Assembly (NCBI GenBank): GCA_951406725.2
Contig: OX597817.1
Span: 52,576,001-52,640,000 of the forward strand
DNA from: Octopus vulgaris
Taxonomy: Eukaryota
Length of the DNA: 64,000 nt
Reading direction: 5' to 3'
Below, one piece after another: positions 43,802 to 54,526 of the stretch. The notes under the pieces were generated by a model, which saw nothing but the letters and a program-made list of their open reading frames with translations, was not told the DNA's origin and ran no database searches. A program made the translations under genes and the position numbers. How positions within the stretch are numbered: the stretch's first letter is position 1; every line of letters starts with the position of its first letter.

Positions 43802-44204
43802 CTTTGCGTCCCCAAACTCCAAACCCTCCTCACCGTGGTGGGGACGCTGGCAACGGGTAGTGTGGGAGCTATGCCGTCGGGAACTTCGGTTCCTGGTAGG
43901 GCCACTCAAGGCGGATTGGTCTGACACCGAGTGGTATTAGGGCCACAACCCGGCAAACGGGGCTCTGGTGAAAATCCTCGGAGTGTCTGTTTCGGCAACT
44001 GGCGGCTCCTTGTCATTCTGTCCCTGCATCTGCGACAAACAGGATGTCTCTACATGCGGGATCGTTGGGAACCGCTTATCAAATCCACATATTCCCACGA
44101 AACTTCTTCCACGAATTCTCAATGGCGAATACAATGCCTCGAGGGTGGTAGAAGAAGCCGACTCAACCCGCCCAGGGTGAATGTCGCCACAAGTACAAGT
44201 AAGT
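43802..44204 (+). mobile_element. Short bipartite RTE-derived non-autonomous retroposon (RTE 5' UTR joined to RTE 3' end)
   Basis: TSD TATGGGATAA (43792-43801, 44205-44214). 5' part GAGCTATGCCGTCGGG...GGTAGGGCCACTCAAGGCGGATTGGTC resembles BovB/Expander 5' UTRs as recalled. 3' part reads ...RVVEEADSTRPG* with an AAGT-repeat tail. CpG-rich. Confidence 0.75.
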
Positions 44205-46292
44205 TATGGGATAAATGAAAAAGATGTGATGGTCATTGTCAGAATAACTTTGATCACAGATTCTACTTGACCTGGGGCTAAACAATAACATTCAGAGATT
44301 ATGCCAACAAAAGTGTCCAACTAGGAAAAGCAGCTGAATCTTGGTCTAAACGTATCCAAGTGTCTTGCTGAAGGACAAATTGGATACTGTGGTGTGAAAT
44401 ATATTTAAACTAAATTGAATAACTTTATATAAGTCAGCCAATGGTATGTATACAGAAGGGTCTGTACTGAATGGCATACTTAAACAATTCTATTGGTTGG
44501 AGAAAGGAAACAAAAGCCTAGCAGTAAATGTTAGTAATTCTCAAACAAAACAGTGATAATTTCAGAAATTTAGGAATTCACAAAATTGCTTAACATTTCC
44601 AAGAAATAAAACCTGACCTGATTTTCCTTATGAGTTTGTAAACACAAAATATCTTCACTCACACTTAAGATGTATCTCCACTGTCACACTCCAATTCATA
44701 TAAAATATATCAATTACAAGACTACATTTCATTGCCACACTGCATTTCACCAGGGTGCGCAATGGGGTTAGTGTCAGGTTGAAGTAGCACAAACCAATGA
44801 TTTAACACATTAATTCGATCAAGGGTGGCATTGGTTGTCTTTGTTGTTGTGTCTGTCAAACAACAATTAAGCTGGTGATGACTATAAACCGTTGGATCAA
44901 ATTTCTAAGCCCCACATAAGTGATTGAAGTGGGGAAAACTTTAGCTGAAACAGAAGACCCTCGAGAGGATTTACAATGGAGAGACAGGGCTGAAAAGAGT
45001 AACAAGATTTTACTTGAATCTGAACTGGGCCCTTAAAAGAACAGGTGGGGTTTGTCATCTGAGTTTGAGTCACCATACAGGGAAAAGTATGGTGTAGCCT
45101 CATATCTCGAAGTTACATATATATCCAAATCAACAATTCTACAAGTTCTTATATTTATAGGCAACATGACTGACCACTTCATATCGTTGCTGTTATGCAA
45201 AACTGTTGTAAGTCCAAAACGTTGCTTTTTCAGAAAATGAAGAAATAGTTTCTCCGTTCCATTTCTTTTTACATTAACAACAGTTTCAGCTTAACAATAA
45301 TACTTTGTTGGGTGCATAAAATCCTAACTTCATGCATGTATGATATTTTCAGTCAGAAATATTTTTGCAAAATACTGTTGCTGAATATCTCACGTTGTGA
45401 GATTTAAAAGTAGTAATTTTCTTTGAATCTATCTCTTCAAAGAAAGGGCTATCATTCTTTTTAGGTAAAAATTCCAACCCCAACACTACTACTGCCAGTC
45501 TTCACCACCAGCAGCACTACCATCCCCAACATGACCTCTATGACACCAACTGCACCAACATTTGGGAAGTTGCTGTAAACTGAAGCACCAGACTATCCAA
45601 AATGGCAGGATCTATGTAAATACACATTTCTTTGACTGCTTCCTTCTGAAGACAAGACTTTGTGCCCAAAATATAATTTTTTTTGAGGTGGGGGACTTTC
45701 TAGAAGCTTCCTCTATTTCTCTTCTCTTTCATTTTTTTTCTCCTTTTTTGCAACAGCTATATCTAAGAAACTGTTTGCATATGCATGCACCTAGGCCACA
45801 CACATTCCATAAGTACAAAAACTCCTTGAAAACCCAGAGTTCTTCAAATGAAGCCTCTTGCAATATTTGTTCTGCATCAAATCCCATACACTTCCTTGTC
45901 ACTCTTGCTGCCAGGTAAGCAATGAACCAATGGTTAACCCAATTCAAAGCTGCAACCTCAATGATATTGTCCACCAGTTGCAATATGAGTTAATTGAAAT
46001 TACAAGTTGTGAGGCTGTTCCAGGTATTCTGGACTAATTGAATGAGAAAATTAAAGCAATTAGTTCTAAATTAATTGTGTTAAGTGGTGGATAAGAGACA
46101 AGTTGCAGGAGTTCTTTGGTAGAATGTCTTACCTGAAGAGACAATAGAGTTGGTGCCACCACCACAGACAGCATGAATGAAGAAACACCACTGAATAATT
46201 TAAAGGTTGTGGTGGTGGAGGAGGAGAGGGGGTGGTGGTGATGAAGACATGTTTTGAATGACTTTTAACCATAAACTGGAGCAACTGAATCA

Positions 46293-46413
46293 CAACTGGC
46301 TGGGGTACGACAGGCCAGCTGTAGCAACTGGGTGAGGTGTAACAGGCCAGCTATAGCAGCTGGCTGGGGTGCTACAGGCCAGCTGTAGCAACTGGCTGGG
46401 ATGCTACAGGCCA
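46293..46413. repeat. 32-bp minisatellite, ~3.8 copies
   Basis: CAACTGGCTGGGGT...ACAGGCCAGCTGTAG units. Confidence 0.9.
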
Positions 46414-47436
46414 TGATGTTGACTGGATGTTTGATTTTTATCACTCTTGGTACATGTCCTCAGATTCACACCCAAACACTCTGAAATGTTCATATTAGAG
46501 CTTCTGCTGCAAATGTCAAGCAGTATAGCATGTCACTTCCTAATCTTTGGCAGAGTGAATTGCATTATGGTGCTGTTTTTCCTGAAGACAGTGTCCAACT
46601 GACCCTACCATACTGTGTAGTCAACAAAGTCAAAAACAAATGATGCATATGTACGAAATAAAAAATATAAAATGGTGACAATTTACCCATCGCACCATAT
46701 ATATATATATATATATAAAATGGAGGGGGAAAAAATCAAATTATAAATGCAGCAGCTTGAAGCTTTTGAAAATATCAAATATATGTACATACAAACATAT
46801 ATATTATTCCCTAGTTACATGAACATACATGCAAATATATATACATACACAATTTGCATGCATATAATCAATAGGTGTATATCCACACATTTGACTGCAT
46901 TGAATGCTTTTTCTGTTCAGTACTAAAAAAAGGTAAAAAAAAAAAAAAAAAACGACAAAGAAAGAAAAAAGAATAGCAAAGGCATGGCTGTGTGGTAAGT
47001 AGCTTGCTTCCCAACCACATGGTTCTGGGTTCAGTTCCACTGCATGTTACCTTGGACAAGTGTCTTCTATTAGAGCCTTGAGCTCACCAAAGCTTTGAGT
47101 GAGTAGATTTGGTAGACAGAAACTGAAAGAAGCCTCTCATATATATATAATAATAATAATATTATATTTTATTTTATAATTTTATTTTATTTTGCACACT
47201 GCTTAATCATTGGTATATGTTTTTAGCTTATATTTAATTTTTTCGTATAGGATGTAATTTTTTTCTATATAGTATAATTTAATTTTTTCATTGTTGAAAT
47301 GATAAAAGGTGTTTTTTTTTCTAATTTATATATATATATCAATAATAATAAAGGGTAAAATTAATTAACTAGTAATTAATAATTTCACCAAGTAGAATTT
47401 GGCATGAAAAAGGACCATTTTTCGGTAAACTTAAAC

Positions 47437-47664
47437 AATATTTTATAATTACGGGTATAATTATAATTAGGGTTCAGCAAAGATTTGCTTTACTACATAC
47501 CGAAGTTTAGAAATAGCAGCCAAATAACCTTAGCTATTTCTTCTACATTAAGAAGTAGAAGAAATAGCTAAGGTTCTTTGGCTGCTATTTCTAAACTTCG
47601 GTATGTGTTAAAGCAAATCTTTGCTGAACCCTAATTATAATTATACTCGTAATTATGAAATATT
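47437..47664. repeat. Palindrome (~110-bp arms, 8-nt loop) in a (TA)n-flanked element; single-arm relative at 57180-57320
   Basis: TAGGGTTCAGCAAAGATTTGC...GCTATTTCTTCTAC attaagaa GTAGAAGAAATAGC...GCTGAACCCTA. Confidence 0.9.
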
Positions 47665-48169
47665 ATTTATATATATATATATGTGTGTGTGTGTTCACCT
47701 CCACTACTTGACAACTGGTGTTGGTGTGTTTACATTCCCATAACTTAGTGGTTTGGCAAAGGACACTGATAGAATAAGTACCAGGCTTATATAAAAATAA
47801 AGCAGTGGGTTGGGGTCAATTCATTTGACTAAAGGCAGTGCCTCAGCATGGCTGCAGTCTAATGACCGCAACAAGTAAAAGATAGCTAGAAGGGGGCGAG
47901 GATAGGGGGTAGTTTGCCCCTGATGATGCTTTTATGGGGAAGCACATTTGAATCTGCTGGGTAAGCCTGTATTGGTTTGGAAGTCGATGGGTGGGGTGGG
48001 AACACATACTCAAGGGCCGCCCCAGACAGCACACTTTCGGGTATGGCACAGTTATCAATGTTATTTTGCTTTATGTATGAGTTTACATAAAATAAATACA
48101 CACAAATATATGTACGTGTGTGTGAGGACCAGATTAAGACCCATAGAGGTCTTAAGCATTTACAAGACT

Positions 48170-48500
48170 TTGGTGCCCTCATATGGTCGCTCTTGAGCAC
48201 TACTGGTAACATGTAACCTAGTACAACCTGTTGCATGGTTGTGTCATCGGTGACTAAACTGGCAACCCCATCAAGCTTGCTTGGTGAGGGGGGTGATTGT
48301 TGGACACCCTATGGGATGAAAAATAAGACCCATCAAAGGGCAGAAGAACTCCTGTGTAGTCAATGGCCAATTCAACAAGTACCTTGTTGCGATGAAGTGC
48401 CTGTGTGCTCCATTGACCTGGAGGGATGCTAGAGGGAGAGAAATCTTCAGGCAGGTCTTACCAGGCTGGACGGGTCAAAGGGTAGGAGACAGACAAAACC
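48170..48500 (+). mobile_element. RTE 5'-UTR-like relic
   Basis: ACCTTGTTGCGATG...TGTGTGCTCCATTGACCTGGAG...GCAGGTCTTACCAGGCTGGACGGGTCAAAGGGTAGGAGACAGAC resembles the Expander/RTE leader as recalled. Confidence 0.55.
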
Positions 48501-49327
48501 TTATAGACAATAAATCAAAGCGTCGACAGCAGAGTGTGGATTTAGTTATTGTCAGGACCTAACAGATCAGATTCCTGGTTTTGAACTAGCAGGATGTCAT
48601 GCAGAGGATCTTGAATACAAGACAATGGATGAGACCCTAATATTCCAAGTTAGATAGAAACTACAGGACCACATGGAGCAGTGTCCTGTGACTCTTATAG
48701 TATGTGCAACTGAAACCCCTATGGGGGCGTCCTATGGGACAAGCTAGATGAGAGATATATATGTAATTTAAAATATAAACAATAATAAAACCATAAAATA
48801 AATTTTTACTTTTCAAAATGAAACAAAACTAAGATGGGAAAATAATTTTTATTTTTATATATTTCCACTTTATATTTGAAAAGTTTTCTACTTGTTTTAA
48901 TTGCAAAGCTGAGCAAGGCATTTCATTTCACAATGCTCCAGTCTTCAACTGCAAATGAGCAGTGACCTAGTACTAGTGTTACTCTCCCTCCCTGTGACAA
49001 TCACATATTCTGCAGGATCATATGTGGGAGAGTTGAAAGAGCATGCTTGTGTCCCTTCAAGGGCACTGACAACAATTAGCAAACACAAATACATGCAAGC
49101 ATATCCTCCCTGCTTACGAGTAATGGTTGTAAGCTTTTCCTACCTTTCCAGAAGAGCATGGTAGAATCTTGTAGCCTTCCCTAAAACTTGTTCTTGAAGG
49201 AAACGAAACTCCTTTGGTCCAACTCACTATTATAGACAGGGGAGGGCAATATTAGGTATACAGCTGCTCGATATGAGCATTCATTCAAAATCCGCAGAAA
49301 TCAAAAAAGAGGGTTTCTGCAGATCAT

Positions 49328-49431
49328 CCTCTCTATTCCGTCCCCCACCCAACCGGAACGACATACCTGGGTACTGTTTACAGTAATCTCATTCGTTCTT
49401 TCACCTGGAGATGTCTACACAACCAATGCCG
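49328..49431. repeat. Inverted repeat arm 1 (104 bp), exact reverse complement of 51630-51733
   Basis: Compared 10-mer by 10-mer; no mismatches. Confidence 0.97.
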
Positions 49432-49801
49432 ACTTATGAATTGCTCAAGTTAAAAAAAAAAAGAAATTGAGAAATGGAAAAAAAACATTCCACTTATATT
49501 AAGCAACCGTAGATCTACTGTATACTTGTATACCCAAGAGAGAAGGGGATAGAAGGGGAGAGAGAGGGGAAATCCTACGGTAAGGATTTTACACACCCAC
49601 CTCATTTTAATGTTGAACGGAGGGGGGACAATGGTAGATTAGAAGATTCAAAATACGCGGACAGGCCAACAGGTAGATATAGATTTAAGTTTAGCCAATA
49701 GTACTCAATTTTTTGCCTATGGACCCCTTTAATTCTTTGTTTTACTTTTGAGGACCCTCATAAACATTCGATGCATTTTTGTAATTAAATACAAGGAATT
49801 A

Positions 49802-49970
49802 GGATCTAATTGCCGAAATGCAAGAAATAGCTTACAAACTACAGAATTTTCTCAAGAAAGCCAAGAGAAAAAGATGTTTTATAAACACATTCTACCAGTA
49901 TACGAAGTTTAAAAGTGTTTAGTTACAAAGAAATTATTTAAAAAAACTGCCGGTTAAAGCGAAAAGATCC
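49802..49970. mobile_element. Small MITE with GG-starting TIR and 8-bp TSD (Merlin-like), nested in a hAT-like MITE
   Basis: AGGAATTA|GGATCT...AGATCC|AGGAATTA. Confidence 0.6.
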
Positions 49971-50140
49971 AGGAATTATACAAGGAATTGTGTAAACAAT
50001 ATTGTTAAAATATTTTATGTATCATACAAGCATAACCAATTTATTGCACGTAAACTTGAACAACAGTATCATGCGGTGCCCTCCTCAGGAGCACATGGGG
50101 CCCCGTTGAAAACCACTGTAGTAAGCAAAATAAGATGTTA

Positions 50141-50509
50141 TCTCTCTATATATAAAGCTGGCTACAAGTACCTAAAGCTGAAGTTGTCTGTGTATGGCAG
50201 GTTTGGTAGCCTCCAACTAACACTATCTCCTCCGAGACCCTGCGGCGCAAGTTGACCAAGAAAAAATTCAAATCGGACCATGTTAACACCAAAAATTATT
50301 TACATCAAAAAGGTGCTTTTTTTCTATGAAAATCCCTATTTTTTACGATTTTTTGACTGCTGTGTCGTCATTTTTCGGTGTATTTCAACCAGAAAAATGT
50401 TCACTTAAAGAGAATAACAAGCTACATAATGCAAAATTTTTACTTTTCAAAAATTCCAATTCTAAAGGGTCGAAACAAACCCGAGCAACGCCGGGCGATA
50501 CTCTGCTAG
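50141..50509 (+). mobile_element. Non-autonomous Helitron ~100 bp from the COBL exon donor
   Basis: A|TC start; CCCGAGCAACGCCGGG hairpin; CTAG|T; homologous to 34338-34722. Confidence 0.8.
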
Positions 50510-50607
50510 TCTGTGATAATTCAAAACGTTGTGTATTAAGATTGTTTCAACAAAATTATCGTCATAAAAGGGCAATATAAAAGAACTGAAAGAATTAATC
50601 ACTTTAC

Positions 50608-50848
50608 CTCGAATGGAAGAGGTTTGTCCATCTTATTGTCGTTGCCTGTACCTACCGCGTAAGGTGGAGTCTTACACTGTTCCTTGGGTAACAAATTCAC
50701 CCTGTGACTCTCCACCAAACCGACCGGTTGGTTAGCTTTGTAATCGATGGGTTCGTTATCGCGTTCAGATACCGCTACTAGCACATGAGCCGACGGGTTC
50801 AACCTTTTGCTAGCAGCAAGTTGTACAAGAAGGTCCATCATCGCCATA
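50608..50848 (-). CDS. COBL: Internal coding exon of a cordon-bleu-like (COBL/COBLL1 family) gene, N-terminal ubiquitin-like (Cobl) domain
   Basis: Minus strand reads branch-like CTAAT (~50895), pyrimidine tract, ttccag|T ATG GCG ATG ATG GAC ... CCA TTC GAG|gtaaag. The exon is 241 nt, entering in phase 2 and leaving in phase 0. The peptide (S)MAMMDLLVQLAASKRLNPSAHVLVAVSERDNEPIDYKANQPVGLVESHRVNLLPK...PFE matches vertebrate COBL as recalled ([27 protein letters not shown]...FKPNTLIG...VFLK...PE). Match is from memory; no search was run. Confidence 0.87.
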
Positions 50849-50927
50849 CTGGAATTAAATAAAAAGAAAGGGGCCGGGAACGAAAACAAGAGATTAGTAA
50901 AGGAAAAGTAAAAAGAATATTACATAC

Positions 50928-51550
50928 CTCCGATGGAGATTTCAACGATAAAGATTTCCAAAGTGGCATTTTGCAAATGAAGTATACACACAAAAGTGTA
51001 AATATATATATATATTTAAGTAATATACATCCAGGAGAGTGTTAACATTTCAAAGTACTTTTAAGTTGTATATCAAAAAGATAATTATTATTATCAAATA
51101 AACTGGAAAAAGTTTTAAATTTTGCCTTTCGGAATTTGTTTTTGCTTTCAACTTTTTGTTTCCTTTCGTGATATTTTTTTTAATGACGAAATAAACAAAA
51201 CAAATATTTTGCTAATTTGTTTTCATTTTCTTAAATATACATTAATGAATATTAATTATTTATTTATTACGAGCGGTTGTGTGCAGCAGAAATACATTAG
51301 TTTGGTTTTTGTTCATTGGAAGCACTTCAAAATATAAACACGTTTTTTGGTGTTTCTCTGTTCATGGGACATTTCTTTTTTAAACTAACTTTTGTTTGAC
51401 ATCCCATAGGGAGAAAATAAATAACTTATATACACACATACGTATGTATATATGCACATATATATGTATATCTATTGTACTTTAGATATGTGAAGAGAGA
51501 GAGAAAGAGAAGTGTGAAGAATTAAAATCTTGACAGTTTCTTTTGTGTTG
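50928..51550 (-). other. Possible alternative first (5' UTR) exon spliced to the COBL exon through a 79-nt intron
   Basis: Consensus donor GGAG|gtatgt at 50928/50927, 79 nt upstream of the COBL acceptor. The upstream ATG (MPLWKSLSLKSPSE) is out of frame with the exon. The 5' limit is a guess. Confidence 0.25.
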
Positions 51551-51850
51551 TTGTAAGTTGGTTTCTGACAAACTCCAGTCAGCTAGATTAGGGTAAATAC
51601 CCGACCCGGACCAGTTTCTTTTAACTGGACGGCATTGGTTGTGTAGACATCTCCAGGTGAAAGAACGAATGAGATTACTGTAAACAGTACCCAGGTATGT
51701 CGTTCCGGTTGGGTGGGGGACGGAATAGAGAGGGAGGAGGAGACATACAGGTAACCTGAATGGTCGGAGATGGTGGTGGTGGGCAGAGTGGTGACACGTG
51801 GAGAAAGCGAGAGAGTCTGTGTGTAAGGTGTATATGTACGTAAGCGGGGT
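51540..51850 (-). promoter_or_regulatory. Putative internal promoter/enhancer upstream of the COBL exon
   Basis: Non-repeat, CpG-retaining sequence with clustered motifs: ATTGG (CCAAT), CAGGTG and CACGTG E-boxes, GTAAACA (forkhead), TTCCGG (ETS), G-rich tracts. Motif content only. Confidence 0.33.
51630..51733. repeat. Inverted repeat arm 2 (104 bp), exact reverse complement of 49328-49431
   Basis: Compared 10-mer by 10-mer; no mismatches. Confidence 0.97.
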
Positions 51851-52394
51851 GGTACGAGAATAAGAACAATATAAGAAAGGTAGAGGGGGAATATTAAGAA
51901 GAGATTGATAAATAAGAAAATAGATAGAGAGAGTCCAACAAACTCAGGTAGATATTGAGGGAGAGATAAAGTCAGGTAAAAAGAAGTTAGGGGTAAAAGT
52001 GGGTACAACTACACGCTGTGTCTTGAGTGACGATCAAGGGTAGATTCCTTTAACCACCAGTATTGTGTATATCTTTCCTTCACGATCCAACGAGGAAGCC
52101 TCTGTGTGGTCGATCGACCACCTAGAAATAGAAACCAAATGTTCCTCAAATCTTAGAAATAACATATCGATAATGTAATCCTAAATAGTCCTAAACGTCG
52201 GGATAGTCACGGCTGGAGTTTTTTTCTTTATCACAGATCTTCTCAGTCAAAGCTGACTGAGGGTTAAACAACGTGTAGATCCGAGTCGATGCATTGGGGG
52301 AATACTTTATGGGGTCGCTCGACATGCTAGAAATAGCAGCCAAATCTCAAGTTAGCTGTCTTAAAATGGAAGAATACATCGCATCCAAGTATTT

Positions 52395-52760
52395 GAGCGC
52401 AAGTGCTTCAGAAGGCTGTTTACACATCCTGTACACACAGCACAAAATGAACAACATTGTCAAACCATAAATCGGCAAATACACTGGCAGACACAAGAAC
52501 CACTCCCTGCACAGGTAAAAGACAAAAGCTTGCTTGCCAGAGTCATGTATCCTGGCACAACTCTTTGTCCAAAGCATTTCTTCACAGTAGAGGGAGAGTG
52601 AGGGAGAGACAGAATGAGAAAATCCTGGTTTGACAACATCAAGGACTGGACAGGTCACAACACAGCGAACTTGCTATGCATAAGAGGAAAAAGAGACCAG
52701 TGGTGATGGCTAACTACTAAGGCATCTAGTTTTGTGCCCCAGTAACTGGTTGCATCAGTT
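52395..52760 (+). mobile_element. Decayed RTE LINE 3' fragment
   Basis: Frameshifted ...RKSWFDNIKDWTGHNTANLL motif. Confidence 0.6.
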
Positions 52761-54526
52761 AAGGGATCTTGACGATGATGATGATTACAAATAAACTTTA
52801 TATAAGGCAAGGTAACTCAGTTCCTTTTGAGTGTTGGGCCTCATGGAGGCAAAGTGGCCGAGCTCCTGGGCCTTATAGATGCAAAGTAGCTGAGTTCCTT
52901 TCAAGTATTGGGATTCATGGAGACGAGGTGGCTGAGTTCCTTTTGAGCAGGCCTCATAGAGATGAGGTGGCTGTGTTCGTTTCAAGAATTGGGCCTCATG
53001 GAGGCAAAATGGCCGAGCTCCTTTCGAGTGTTGGTCCTCACGGAGGCAATGCCCAAGAAATTTGGCATTATGTTGTGCTTGAGAAGACCCATCAAACCAA
53101 GCAAAATCACAGTCGTAGCAGATACCGGTGTCATGCAAATGGCACCCATGCAAAAGCACCCATTACACTCTTGGAGTGGTTGGCTTTAGGAAGGGCATCC
53201 AGCCATACAAAACCATGCCATATCAAACTGGATCCTAACGTAGCCTTCCAGCGTGCCAGCCCAGCCAAACCGTCCAACCCATGCCAGCATGGACAATGGA
53301 CGTTAGATGATGATGATGATGATAATGATATTGTGTAGGGAGATAGACCTTTCCTTGAAAGTTCATCACACATCACCAAAAATCCCTGCAGTGTTTCAAA
53401 ACTGTTGCATATATCATGGGATTACCATCACTGCTCTAGGACTGCATTATATATACCAGTATTTCCCATCCATTTTCAGGAACTCTACAGTTCTACGAGA
53501 GCTTGCTAGGGATTCCACAAGAAATACTGATAAATGCAATAATTATATGTAAACAAATTTTTGAGTCATTTTCATGTTTATTATAAATGCACAGTATATT
53601 CCAAATGTGAAGGTGTTGGACGTTCAGTTCCTGGACTGGGTTGTGTGTTCTGTTCTTGGAAGAGACACGTTATTTCACGTTGCTCTGGTTCACTCAGCTG
53701 TAGAAATGAGTTGTGATGTCACTGGTGTCAAGCTGTATCAGCTTTTACTTCTCCTTTGGATAATTCTGGCGGCATGACAAGTGGAGGCTGGCATGTATGG
53801 GCAACTGCTGGTCTTTCATAAACAACATTGCCCAAACTTGTGCCTTGGAGGGGTACTTTCTAGGGGCAATCCTATGGTCATTCATGATCGAAGGAGGTCT
53901 TTACCCTTTTTATTCCAAATATTGGCACCTTTGGATTGTAAAGAAATGATAAGGGAGAGAATAACCTCTTAACAGGGAATTCTTGAAATATCTGTTTTAA
54001 ACAAAGTGAGATTTCTTAAACGTAATCCGTGGCATCTGAAGAATTTAGCACAGCCAAACTTTTCAAAGCAGTTTTTTGAATTGTTTTAATCTCTTATCTT
54101 TGAATTTTTAAAAAGAGAAATAAAAAGATTAATAGCCCTCTATTGCTTATGTTGGCATGAACATGTCCTCTGCCTTCAATCAGATCATCCTACCAAGACC
54201 TTACTCTTGTATGATGCAGCAGTTTCAAGCTGAAAGAGGCCCCATGGCAGACCCCACACCAGATGGGTAGACGTGATTAAGGAAGATCTTCAGAGGCTTG
54301 ATGTCACCTTGGAGGATGCAAAAGGGCTGGTACAGGACCACTTGTGATGGTGGGCACTGGTGGACCTGGTTAGCTCTGTGCACAATGACGCCTCTGGGAC
54401 AACTACTCTGGGATGACCCCAGCACCATCGAGCAAGAGCAGAGAGGTGGGGGAGAGGGATGGTATTTCAAGGATGGGAAACCTTGATCTAATGTGCTGTT
54501 TCATCACTTGATATAGTTGGGTATTT

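Noticed and set aside
45562-45983. Overlapping ORFs and a plus-strand CAG|gtaagc donor
   Set aside because: No homology, no partner exon or clear acceptor.
52769-53338. 189-aa ORF with repeated VAEFLS..GPHG; CRISPR-like periodicity
   Set aside because: Tandem subrepeats of SINE family C; no unique spacers, no cas genes, eukaryotic context.
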